A stretch of DNA of 64,000 nucleotides from Candidatus Binatia bacterium (GTDB lineage Bacteria; Desulfobacterota; Binatia; HRBIN30): contig JAXLXM010000001.1 of NCBI GenBank assembly GCA_046327925.1, positions 462,390 to 526,389 of the forward strand. The letters run 5' to 3'. Position numbers and translations under genes: made by a program. Shown here piece by piece: positions 20,220-27,582 of this stretch. Every line of letters starts with the position of its first letter. Within the stretch, counting starts at the first letter, position 1. The notes below the pieces were generated by a model. It did no database searches and was not told the DNA's origin. It worked only from the letters and a program-made list of their open reading frames with translations.

Positions 20220-20489
20220 CTATCGGCCGCGCGTTGAGGGAAGTCCCAGGCGTTTTCCTACCGCGTCGCTCGACAGCCCTCCTTCGGCCTCCTGCCGCTT
20301 TCGCGATCGCTCCAGGATCGCCCGGAACTTGGCGTTGACGCTCAGGAGCATGGTCTCGGCGTCGCGTTCGTCGCCGGGGACTATGGTCGCCACGACATGC
20401 CCGCGGTCGGTGAGTAAGAACGGCCGAACGGCGCCGCGCTTGAGGTGAGGAACCACGGCAGACACCTCCGGCAATTCAACGGCTTTCAT
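20220..20489 (-). CDS. Phd/YefM-type antitoxin-like protein (no adjacent toxin)
   Basis: 89 aa, strong GGAGGAAA RBS. MKAVELPEVSAVVPHLKRGAVRPFLLTDRGHVVATIVPGDE... followed by C-terminal NAKFRAILERSRKRQEAEGGLSSD, typical of Phd/YefM-like antitoxins. Confidence 0.65.
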   Translation of the reverse strand: MKAVELPEVSAVVPHLKRGAVRPFLLTDRGHVVATIVPGDERDAETMLLSVNAKFRAILERSRKRQEAEGGLSSDAVGKRLGLPSTRGR

Positions 20490-20588
20490 AATTCGATTTC
20501 CTCCATGCCGACCCGCCGCTCATTATGTCGCTCGATGCCGCCGGCCGCAATCTTGACTAGCGTCTCGGGCTCCTCTCACACCGCGTAG

Positions 20589-21045
20589 AACACCCGAATC
20601 TGGCCCAACCGGAGTTCTCAGGGAGCAATCGGATTCGGGGGGAGAAGCGGCGCAAGCGCGCGGAGCGTGCCGAGGCACTGGTGAAGGTCCCACTATTTCG
20701 GCATCAGCCACACCTACACGGGGTTGCGGGCACTGGAGGAGTGGGTGCGTCGAAGGGTGCGGGTGTACTCCTGGAAGCAGTGGCAACAGCCCCGGACTCG
20801 CCGCCATTTGATCGCCTTGGGTATCGCGCCCGCGAGGGTACTGGCGGATGAGTGCCAACAGCATCGTCCAACGCGCCCTGAATAACCGCCGGCTGCGCGC
20901 ACAGGGAGTTCCCGACAGGCGCACCTTACGGATTGGTCGTCACTACGGGCCCCACAGGCCCGTGTCCGATCGGAACCGCCGTATGCAGACCCGCACGTCC
21001 GGTGGTGTGGCAGCCCGGCTGGCCCTCACGGGTCAGTCCCGGCGA
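20589..21045 (+). mobile_element. 5'-truncated, frameshifted group II intron remnant (maturase C-terminus plus domains V/VI)
   Basis: Plus-strand translation gives (in-frame TGA) RSHYFGISHTYTGLRALEEWVRRRVRVYSWKQWQQPRTRRHLIALGI, then after a frameshift MSANSIVQRALNNRRLRAQGVPD. This is a typical maturase (GIIM) domain tail. 20975..21006 (AACCGCCGTATGC-AGACCC-GCACGTCCGGTGGT) matches the domain V hairpin pattern CCGUAUGC...GCACGU.CGG. An 11-bp bulged hairpin at 21015..21042 sits in the domain VI position. Boundaries are approximate. Confidence 0.7.
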
Positions 21046-21050
21046 GCCGA

Positions 21051-21389
21051 TTAGCTCCCGACTATCTCATTGAGGCCATCGACGAGCCGGTCCTGCTCCT
21101 CCGGCGTCACCCGGCCCAATTTCCGGCCGAGCCGGTCCACCGACAGGGAGCGGATCTGACTGATCTTGACCCACGAGCGTTTTGGCAGGCGCACCTTCTT
21201 CAGTTCCATCGTGAGCGGAAAGCTGGCGCGCTGCGGTTGGCTCGTCACCGCCATGGCGATCACCGTTCCGGATCGCTGATTGAAGATGTCATGGCTCAGC
21301 ACAACCACTGGCCGCAACCCGGCTTGTTCGTGACCCCGGGCAGGGTTCAAGTCGGCCCAAATGACATCACCTCTCAGTACGCCGGCCAT
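21051..21389 (-). CDS. mazF: MazF/PemK-family type II toxin (endoribonuclease)
   Basis: 112 aa. [45 protein letters not shown]...[16 protein letters not shown], a classic PemK/MazF pattern. Overlaps the antitoxin gene by 16 nt. Confidence 0.9.
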   Translation of the reverse strand: MAGVLRGDVIWADLNPARGHEQAGLRPVVVLSHDIFNQRSGTVIAMAVTSQPQRASFPLTMELKKVRLPKRSWVKISQIRSLSVDRLGRKLGRVTPEEQDRLVDGLNEIVGS

Positions 21390-21616
21390 TCGGCCAACTC
21401 TCCGGACAACCCTTCATCCGCCAACGCCTTCTCGAACGCTGGGTCGAGCTTGGCGCACTCCCGGGCGAGGCGGGACCGATCAAGCCGTTCCAATTTTTCC
21501 TTTACAGCTTGTTCGATTGCCTTGCTCCGGTTCGGAAACGTCTGCTGCCTCACCAACCGATCGAGCTGTGCGAGAACGCCCTCGTCGAGAGAAATGGCCA
21601 CCTTTGCCGCTGCCAT
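21374..21616 (-). CDS. mazE: Ribbon-helix-helix (CopG-type) antitoxin paired with MazF
   Basis: ORF 21374..21709 trimmed to ATG 21616 (AGAGGTGAG RBS). [45 protein letters not shown], an RHH fold signature. Confidence 0.8.
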   Translation of the reverse strand: MAAAKVAISLDEGVLAQLDRLVRQQTFPNRSKAIEQAVKEKLERLDRSRLARECAKLDPAFEKALADEGLSGELAEWPAY

Positions 21617-21628
21617 GCACTCACCTCT

Positions 21629-21649
21629 GGTATGATTCGTTATCATACC
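21629..21649. promoter_or_regulatory. Perfect palindrome upstream of mazE (candidate autoregulatory operator overlapping a -10-like TATGAT)
   Basis: GGTATGAT-TCGTT-ATCATACC lies 13 nt upstream of the mazE ATG. TA operons are classically autorepressed at palindromes in this position. Confidence 0.5.
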
Positions 21650-21695
21650 GCGGATCCGCGCCGCAACCTTGCGGACGGAGCTACCGTCGTGCGCC

Positions 21696-22013
21696 TCAAC
21701 CGCGCGCACGTCTCTTGCGCGGCGGCTGCAGGCGCTTGTTCGGCCGGGATCGACTCACGAGTGGAAAACGCTCTGGATGGTCGATTGAATCAACCGCCAC
21801 ATCGACGTCGAGATCGGGCCAATACAGATGGTGCGGATGCGGGAGCTCGACGTTGCAGAGTTTCCCGATCGGGACGTCGCGAAACCACGGGAACTGCTCG
21901 AAGGAGACAAAGCGCTCTCGACCCTCGAGCAGCAGCCAGAATCCATGTCGTGAGACGTTCGTGACCTCAACCGCCGAAGTGGGCTCTCCACGCATCGCGG
22001 ATTTCACCTTCAT
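21696..22013 (-). CDS. DUF2442 domain protein
   Basis: Tail of ORF 21696..22205 from ATG 22013 (alternative ATG 21995). [68 protein letters not shown] matches the DUF2442 pattern (L.WP.LD.D..V..L). Confidence 0.7.
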   Translation of the reverse strand: MKVKSAMRGEPTSAVEVTNVSRHGFWLLLEGRERFVSFEQFPWFRDVPIGKLCNVELPHPHHLYWPDLDVDVAVDSIDHPERFPLVSRSRPNKRLQPPRKRRARG

Positions 22014-22365
22014 GCTCCGGAACAAGCCGCCGCGATTGAGGACGTGCGCGTACACCATCGTCGTGCGGACGTCCCCCCTGCACAGTGCGAATATCGTAGC
22101 CATCGCGCACCAGATCGGCGGCGAACGAATGCCGGAATGTGGGGCAGCCGACGTGCGCCAGGGCATCCGGGAGGTACACCGCCCCGACCCTCCTGGCGCA
22201 CCCACTCCTCATACGTCGCCCGCAGCTGCGCTACGGGCGTGCGCAAGGGCTCTCTTACTGCCGCCGGCAAGGCTTGCAACGATCCGTGGCGCGCCGCCTG
22301 CGCGATGCGCCGGCGACAATTGCAACGTTCGCCGACAGCTCGTGCGTCGGTGAAATTCGCATACG
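22014..22365 (-). pseudogene. Integron-integrase-like tyrosine recombinase relic (N-terminally truncated, internal deletions, two frameshifts)
   Basis: Three minus-strand frames concatenate. The first gives LPAAVREPLRTPVAQLRATYEEWVRQEGRGGV. After a shift near 22177 comes [33 protein letters not shown]. After a shift near 22077 comes [17 protein letters not shown]. This is collinear with the IntI1 segments LPESLAPSLREQL...[42 protein letters not shown] and DVSTTMIYTHVLKVGG. Confidence 0.75.
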
Positions 22366-22374
22366 AAAAGACGC

Positions 22375-22923
22375 TCAGGTTGTTGTCGACCACTCCCGAA
22401 TGACCTCAATCGTCTTGTCCGTGTACTCCTTCTTGTCCGGCAACGGCCGCCCCAGCCACTCGGTATAGAAGGTATCGAGGTCGGGCAGGAAATCGAAATC
22501 CGGCGGACACCCGCGCGGCACCGCTTCGACTTCGAGTTGGCTGCCGCACCCTGGGCAGTAGTATTCCCGCACCTGGATCCAGTCGGGATCCGGTTGTTCC
22601 ATGCCACGATAGATTTCCGCCAGTTGCTCGGCGGTCTCGCGGACATAGATCAGCGACTCCAGCTTCCAGTTGACCCGATAATCGCAGAATTCGTGGCCGC
22701 AACGGCATTTGACGATGCGGTCGCGGTCTTTCTGTACGATAAACAGGTTCGGGCCCAGCGGCAGCAGGATCCGCTCCTTCCACGCCACGCGCCCTTGCAG
22801 AATGTCGATCCACTTATCGAAGCGATCGGTATCCTTGGCCTCCTTCATGATGTCCTGGACCTGGGTCCAGGGCAGTTTCCCGTCCACGAGTTTCTCGATT
22901 TCGCTGATGTCGTAGGTTGGCAC
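22375..22923 (-). CDS. acxC: Acetone-carboxylase-like gamma subunit
   Basis: ORF 22375..23115 trimmed to GTG 22923 (AAGGAGA RBS 7 nt upstream). Cys motifs KCRCGHEFCDYRVNWK and YYCPGCGSQLEVEAVPRGCP are typical of the gamma subunit. Confidence 0.8.
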   Translation of the reverse strand: MPTYDISEIEKLVDGKLPWTQVQDIMKEAKDTDRFDKWIDILQGRVAWKERILLPLGPNLFIVQKDRDRIVKCRCGHEFCDYRVNWKLESLIYVRETAEQLAEIYRGMEQPDPDWIQVREYYCPGCGSQLEVEAVPRGCPPDFDFLPDLDTFYTEWLGRPLPDKKEYTDKTIEVIREWSTTT

Positions 22924-22964
22924 GCTCGATCTCCTTGCAATTCCGATCTTGTGGCCGCATACCT

Positions 22965-25307
22965 CTAGAAGGTAAAGTCTTCGGGCAGATTCCAGAACTC
23001 CGTCAGTTCCTTCCCGTAGTCCGGCGACAACTGCGCGGACGAGCGCCACATGTCGAGGACGGGCGCGGCCATGCGTTCCTTGTTGAGGACCTTTTGCCGC
23101 TCGTGCTGCCACCATTGTTTGAACGGCACGCCACGTTGCTTGCGCGCGGCGCGGATCTCGGCGCGCTTAGCCTCCGTTGCCGCCTCGTCCACCGTCCACT
23201 CGCGCGTCGCCTCGTTATAGGTTGCCGCCACGCCGTGAATCGACTCCGCCACGCGTGGCCGCGTCCAGGCATTGTCGAGATCGCCCTTGACCAGCGCGGG
23301 GCTGCGCTCGATCGGATCGCCGAGCGCTTCGGCGCCGGTGATCGGATTGACGATGATATCGTATTCGTGCAGCAGCGCTTTACTCACAAACGGAGCCACC
23401 TCATTCGGCAGCATGATGTCCGCTTTGACGTTCTTGACCAGGTCCGGTTGTTCCGGGTCGCCAATGGCGTGCACCAGCGGCTGCCGGCCGTCGATCAACT
23501 CCTTGACGTTGGTCCTGCTGGCATATCCCGCGCGGTCCGGGAATTTCGGATAGGCGCCGAACATCCCGTGGTTCGACAGGATCTTGCTGCGCAGACCGGC
23601 ACAGGCGCACATGTACTCGACGCCCGGCGTACCTTTGACCATCCACACCGCGGTATGGCCGAGACCGCCGCGGAACTTGCCGTAGCCGCCGGAATCCGGC
23701 CACGCGTTCCGCCCGAGATACATGATCGGGTAGAAGAGCTCGTTGACCTCGGCGTTGCCGAAGTCGGCGATCGGCGTATAGATCGACCAGGCGCTATTCT
23801 CGCCGTCCCCCATACCGCGCGCCGGCGCCCCGTTGCTCGCTTGCTCGAGCGTCATGCCAACCGAATACAAACCGTACTGGTTGACACCGGCAAACTCGCC
23901 GCACATGGTCGTGCCCGGACCGGCGGCGACCTCCTCGATGAAGCCGCGGGCCCAGTACAGCCGGCCGAACGATTCGTACAACGAGCCGAGCCACATGACC
24001 GCCGGCGCCCAGGCGACGCCGGAGGCCGCAAAGTAATTCGCCGGAAACGGATTACCCCAGGAGCCCGGCGGCGGCGTCTCGAGTTCCCATGCGGCCGCCG
24101 AACCCCAGTTAAACATGTCGAACCCGACCATATGGGAGAAGCCGTTCATCATGGCCGAAATCAGGGCCTTGGGCGTGATGTTCTGGCCGAACGGCACCCA
24201 ACCGCTAGCGCCACGCATCGAGAAACGTGTCTTGCCGTCACCGCCGATGACGATCTCCATCGGCTCGTTGAAAATGATATCGACGTCCTGTTCCGGCCTG
24301 ATGACCCGCTTGCCGCGCATGGCCAGATCTTTGAAATTGGACTTGCGGATACGCCCCGGCACGGCCTGGGTCTTGATCCGGCTGACGGCATAGCGCCGGC
24401 TGTCCTCAACGAACTCGCGCGTCACGTCCGCGAAGAAGTCGAGCCCGTACTTGTCGATCATCTTGATGACGCGGTCGCGGATAGTCAGGCAGCCGGCGAG
24501 CCGGCCACGGGCGTCGCCAATCACCCACTCGGGCTGGCGGGTGCGCGAGCGCATGAGCCGATCGTACCACGGGTAGTGCGCGTCCTTCTCGCCCACACGC
24601 TCCATCGTGAGCGGCACGCCGTCACTGAAGCAGTCCGGGTTCAGGAAACCGATCGAGCCAGGCAGGATCATCCCCGCGTCCATGACGTGGCTCACCGAGC
24701 TCGCCCAGCCCACCAATTCGCCCCGATAGTGGATCGGAATGCTGGTCTGGAAGTCGGGGGAATGTAGTCCGCCGTAGTGCGGATCGTTGTTTTCGAAGAT
24801 GTCGCCCGGCCGAAAGCCGGGGTTCACTTCGTAATCGTTTTCGATGTAGGAGCGGATCAACTGCGAGAGCAGGCCAGGGTGCGAAATAATGCCTCGTGAG
24901 GTGCACACGGCTTCCCCGGTCGGCAGGTGCAGCACCCACACGGCATCGCCGCCCTCGACCGCAGCCGGCGACGAGGAGACCTTGCAGCCGACGACCCAGC
25001 CGGTGTTGCAGATATTGAGTAGGATGTGCCAGGCGGCCTCATAGGTGCCCGGATCCGCTTGCTTGCGCTTCAATTTGGACAGGCCGAAGAGGTGACCAGT
25101 ATCGCTAAACAGCTTGTCGTTCAGGGCCACTCGTTGCTTGAGCGACAAGGCCGGTTTGGCGGCCTTCGGCTTGGCGTTGGCGGCCGCCGCACGCTTGCCC
25201 ACCGCTGCCGGTCGCGACGGCTTTCGTGCACGCGCGGCAGCGCCCTTCCCCGTGGCCTTGATGGCTTTCGTCTTCGTCTTGGCGGTTGCGGCTTTCGTGG
25301 GACTCAT
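22965..25307 (-). CDS. acxB: Acetone-carboxylase-like alpha subunit (hydantoinase B/oxoprolinase family) with Lys/Ala-rich N-terminal tail
   Basis: 780 aa. Motifs DIFENNDPHYGGLHSPDFQTSIPIHYRGELVGWASSVSHVMDAG and GGYGKFRGGLGH. ATG overlaps the upstream stop (TAATG). Confidence 0.88.
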   Translation of the reverse strand: MSPTKAATAKTKTKAIKATGKGAAARARKPSRPAAVGKRAAAANAKPKAAKPALSLKQRVALNDKLFSDTGHLFGLSKLKRKQADPGTYEAAWHILLNICNTGWVVGCKVSSSPAAVEGGDAVWVLHLPTGEAVCTSRGIISHPGLLSQLIRSYIENDYEVNPGFRPGDIFENNDPHYGGLHSPDFQTSIPIHYRGELVGWASSVSHVMDAGMILPGSIGFLNPDCFSDGVPLTMERVGEKDAHYPWYDRLMRSRTRQPEWVIGDARGRLAGCLTIRDRVIKMIDKYGLDFFADVTREFVEDSRRYAVSRIKTQAVPGRIRKSNFKDLAMRGKRVIRPEQDVDIIFNEPMEIVIGGDGKTRFSMRGASGWVPFGQNITPKALISAMMNGFSHMVGFDMFNWGSAAAWELETPPPGSWGNPFPANYFAASGVAWAPAVMWLGSLYESFGRLYWARGFIEEVAAGPGTTMCGEFAGVNQYGLYSVGMTLEQASNGAPARGMGDGENSAWSIYTPIADFGNAEVNELFYPIMYLGRNAWPDSGGYGKFRGGLGHTAVWMVKGTPGVEYMCACAGLRSKILSNHGMFGAYPKFPDRAGYASRTNVKELIDGRQPLVHAIGDPEQPDLVKNVKADIMLPNEVAPFVSKALLHEYDIIVNPITGAEALGDPIERSPALVKGDLDNAWTRPRVAESIHGVAATYNEATREWTVDEAATEAKRAEIRAARKQRGVPFKQWWQHERQKVLNKERMAAPVLDMWRSSAQLSPDYGKELTEFWNLPEDFTF

Positions 25308-27454
25308 TACTTTTTGCCCTTCCTCGTCAGCCAGTAAATCTGGTACTCGTCGATGCGAACATGCCAGCCTTCCGGCACGAACAAGGTCGTGTTCGGCGCC
25401 TCGATCACCGCCAGTCCGTCGATTTCGTTGCCGGGACGCAGTTCTCCCATCTCCCAGATACTCCCCACCGACCAGCGGCCTCTCTGGAAGATTTTGCGCG
25501 TCCCCTTCGAGGCGGTCTTCGGCGGCTTCTTGCCTTCAAGCGTGTGGCGCTGGAGCTTCGGCTTCACCGTGTCCACCTGCGCGATCACACTGACCTCGGT
25601 GAACTGATAGGTCGGCTCGGCCGGCTTTCCCGCAAGCGTGAACATCTTGGTAAACAGGTCCGAGTGCCGCGCGAGCAGCTTTGTCATGTCGGCCTCGGTA
25701 TTGAGGCGCGCCACCGGGGACTCCACCTCCACGTCCTCGAGTTGCCCATAGAAACGCACGTACACGACCTGCCGCAGGGCGATCTGCTTGCGCTTGAACC
25801 CTTCCGCCATCAGTTCGCCGAGGAGTTCCTTTTCCAGTTCCTCCCAGGTCGCGCTGACCACTTCGCCGGCAGCGCGTTTGGTCGCACCGTCCGCACCGTA
25901 GGGAATGACCGCGGCGATGCTCTTGTGGCGACGATGCGCATAGTCCATGCACGCGCCGCCCCAGGCCGAGAAGGCGCCGGCGTGCGGCACCGTGGCAACG
26001 GCCTTCCACGGATAGTCGCCGGCATAGCCCAGCAGATGCACCGGCCCGCCGCCGCCGTAACCGAGCAGCACGTAATCGCGCAGGTCATGACCGACCATGA
26101 GGCTGCGCACAAGGTGTTCGCGCATGAGCACGTTGACCAGGTCGACGCATTGCTCGGCGGCGACATACACGTCGAGCCTCAGCGGTTCGGCAACCTTCTC
26201 CTTGAAGATCCGGTGGGACTTCTCCACGTTCACCTTGATGCGCCCGCCGAGGTAGTAGTCTTTATTGAGGATCCCCAGCAGCATATTGGCGTCGTTGATG
26301 GTGGGAATCTCGTTGCCGGTCTCCTGGAACACCGGGCCCGGGGTACCGCCCGCGCTATCGGGACCGAGTTTGATGCGATTGGTTTGCGGATCGAGGCGGA
26401 TGTAGGTCCCCGTACCGGCACCGATCGAGCGGATGTCGAGCATGGGCACGTTGACGTACATCTGTTGGAACGGCGGCTCGCGATCGATCGGCAGGACACC
26501 GGCGGTGATGGCGCCGGCATCGAAGCTCGTGCCGCCGACGTCGGAGCACACGATGTTGTCCTCTGCGATCACCCGCGACAGATACTTCGCCCCCATGATG
26601 CCGCCGACGGGGCCGGACATCACGGTCTCGAACAAGCGGGGGTAGCGGATGTTGGTCACGCCACCGTAGCAGAGCACCGTCTTGAGTGAATGCGTGTAGC
26701 CGTGCTGCGCCAGCTTGGCTTCGACACCCAGCAACTGCTTGCGGGCGGGCGCGGTGGCGTAGGCCTGGATGATCGTCGCATTGGCACGCGACATCTCGCG
26801 CATGGTCGGCGCGACGTCGCTCGATATCACGACCGGGATCTCGACGCCGGCGCGTGCCAACTCCGCACGCACCATCTCGGCCGCTCGTTGTTCGTGCGCC
26901 GGATTCCGGAACGAGTTGAGGAAGAGGATGGCCAGCGACTGAATGCGCTCCGCCACCAGGGCGCGTGCGGCGGCGACCACTTCATGCTCGTACAGCGGAA
27001 TGACGACGTTGCCGAACATGTCGATGCGCTCGGTCACGCCGAACGTCAGACGCCGCGGCACCAGGGGGACGCGGTGCTTGCGGTACTGCATGTGGGTGAT
27101 CTCCGACCACTGGCAGTCGATGAAGGTCTCGCGGCCGCGCCCCTGCACGATCATGTCCTCGAAACCCTTCGTCAGGATCAGGCCCGTCTTGAGCCCGGAG
27201 AGGTTGATCAGGGCGTTCAGCATGCTCGTGCCGGTGTAGATGGCGGTCTCGATGCTCTTGCAGAACTGCCGACCGTCCCGCGCCATGTCCAGGTTCATGT
27301 AATGGAGCGCCTCTTCCAGCGACTCCCAGTATCCGACGCTCTCGTCGTACGGTGTCGTCGGCGCTTTCCCGATGACGGATCGTCCGTTCTCGTCGACGAC
27401 GATCACGTCGGTCATCGTACCGCCGGCATCGCATGCTACCAGGTACCGAGCCAT
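25307..27454 (-). CDS. acxA: Acetone-carboxylase-like beta subunit (hydantoinase A/oxoprolinase family)
   Basis: 715 aa. N-terminal ATPase motif YLVACDAGGTMTDVIVVD, SDVGGTSFDAG, strong GAGGAGGTGGA RBS. Confidence 0.88.
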   Translation of the reverse strand: MARYLVACDAGGTMTDVIVVDENGRSVIGKAPTTPYDESVGYWESLEEALHYMNLDMARDGRQFCKSIETAIYTGTSMLNALINLSGLKTGLILTKGFEDMIVQGRGRETFIDCQWSEITHMQYRKHRVPLVPRRLTFGVTERIDMFGNVVIPLYEHEVVAAARALVAERIQSLAILFLNSFRNPAHEQRAAEMVRAELARAGVEIPVVISSDVAPTMREMSRANATIIQAYATAPARKQLLGVEAKLAQHGYTHSLKTVLCYGGVTNIRYPRLFETVMSGPVGGIMGAKYLSRVIAEDNIVCSDVGGTSFDAGAITAGVLPIDREPPFQQMYVNVPMLDIRSIGAGTGTYIRLDPQTNRIKLGPDSAGGTPGPVFQETGNEIPTINDANMLLGILNKDYYLGGRIKVNVEKSHRIFKEKVAEPLRLDVYVAAEQCVDLVNVLMREHLVRSLMVGHDLRDYVLLGYGGGGPVHLLGYAGDYPWKAVATVPHAGAFSAWGGACMDYAHRRHKSIAAVIPYGADGATKRAAGEVVSATWEELEKELLGELMAEGFKRKQIALRQVVYVRFYGQLEDVEVESPVARLNTEADMTKLLARHSDLFTKMFTLAGKPAEPTYQFTEVSVIAQVDTVKPKLQRHTLEGKKPPKTASKGTRKIFQRGRWSVGSIWEMGELRPGNEIDGLAVIEAPNTTLFVPEGWHVRIDEYQIYWLTRKGKK

Positions 27455-27491
27455 TGCCGAGATCCACCTCCTCTAACGCCGTGAAAACGAT

Positions 27492-27507
27492 GGCCTGCTG
27501 GGTACCA
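27492..27507 (-). promoter_or_regulatory. Candidate sigma-54 (-24/-12) promoter for the carboxylase operon
   Basis: Minus strand reads TGGTACCCAGCAGGCC, with GG and GC at the canonical GG-N10-GC spacing, ~38 nt upstream of the ATG and an AT-rich tract immediately upstream. Other consensus positions (TGGCAC-N5-TTGC) match only partially. Confidence 0.3.
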
Positions 27508-27582
27508 CAGGCGCATTAATCTAACAAGCGATATATTTGGCGAAACGGATCGGGCGTGCCCGCCGCGGCTACCGCCGGAGCG

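Noticed and set aside
20490-20588. Further upstream group II RT remnants (FDFLHA at 20492.., NTRIWPNRSSQGAIGFGG at 20589..).
   Set aside because: The matches to the KTRI and GFDFLGF motifs are short and would need large internal deletions. They are used only to set a tentative left boundary.
20490-22374. Canonical attC recombination sites (RYYYAAC ... GTTRRRY with imperfect stems) bounding the putative cassettes.
   Set aside because: By eye I found only near-misses (for example GTTGAGG on the minus strand at 21693..21699) and perfect palindromes, which are unlike typical attC. They are therefore not annotated as features, and the integron idea is kept as a hypothesis only.
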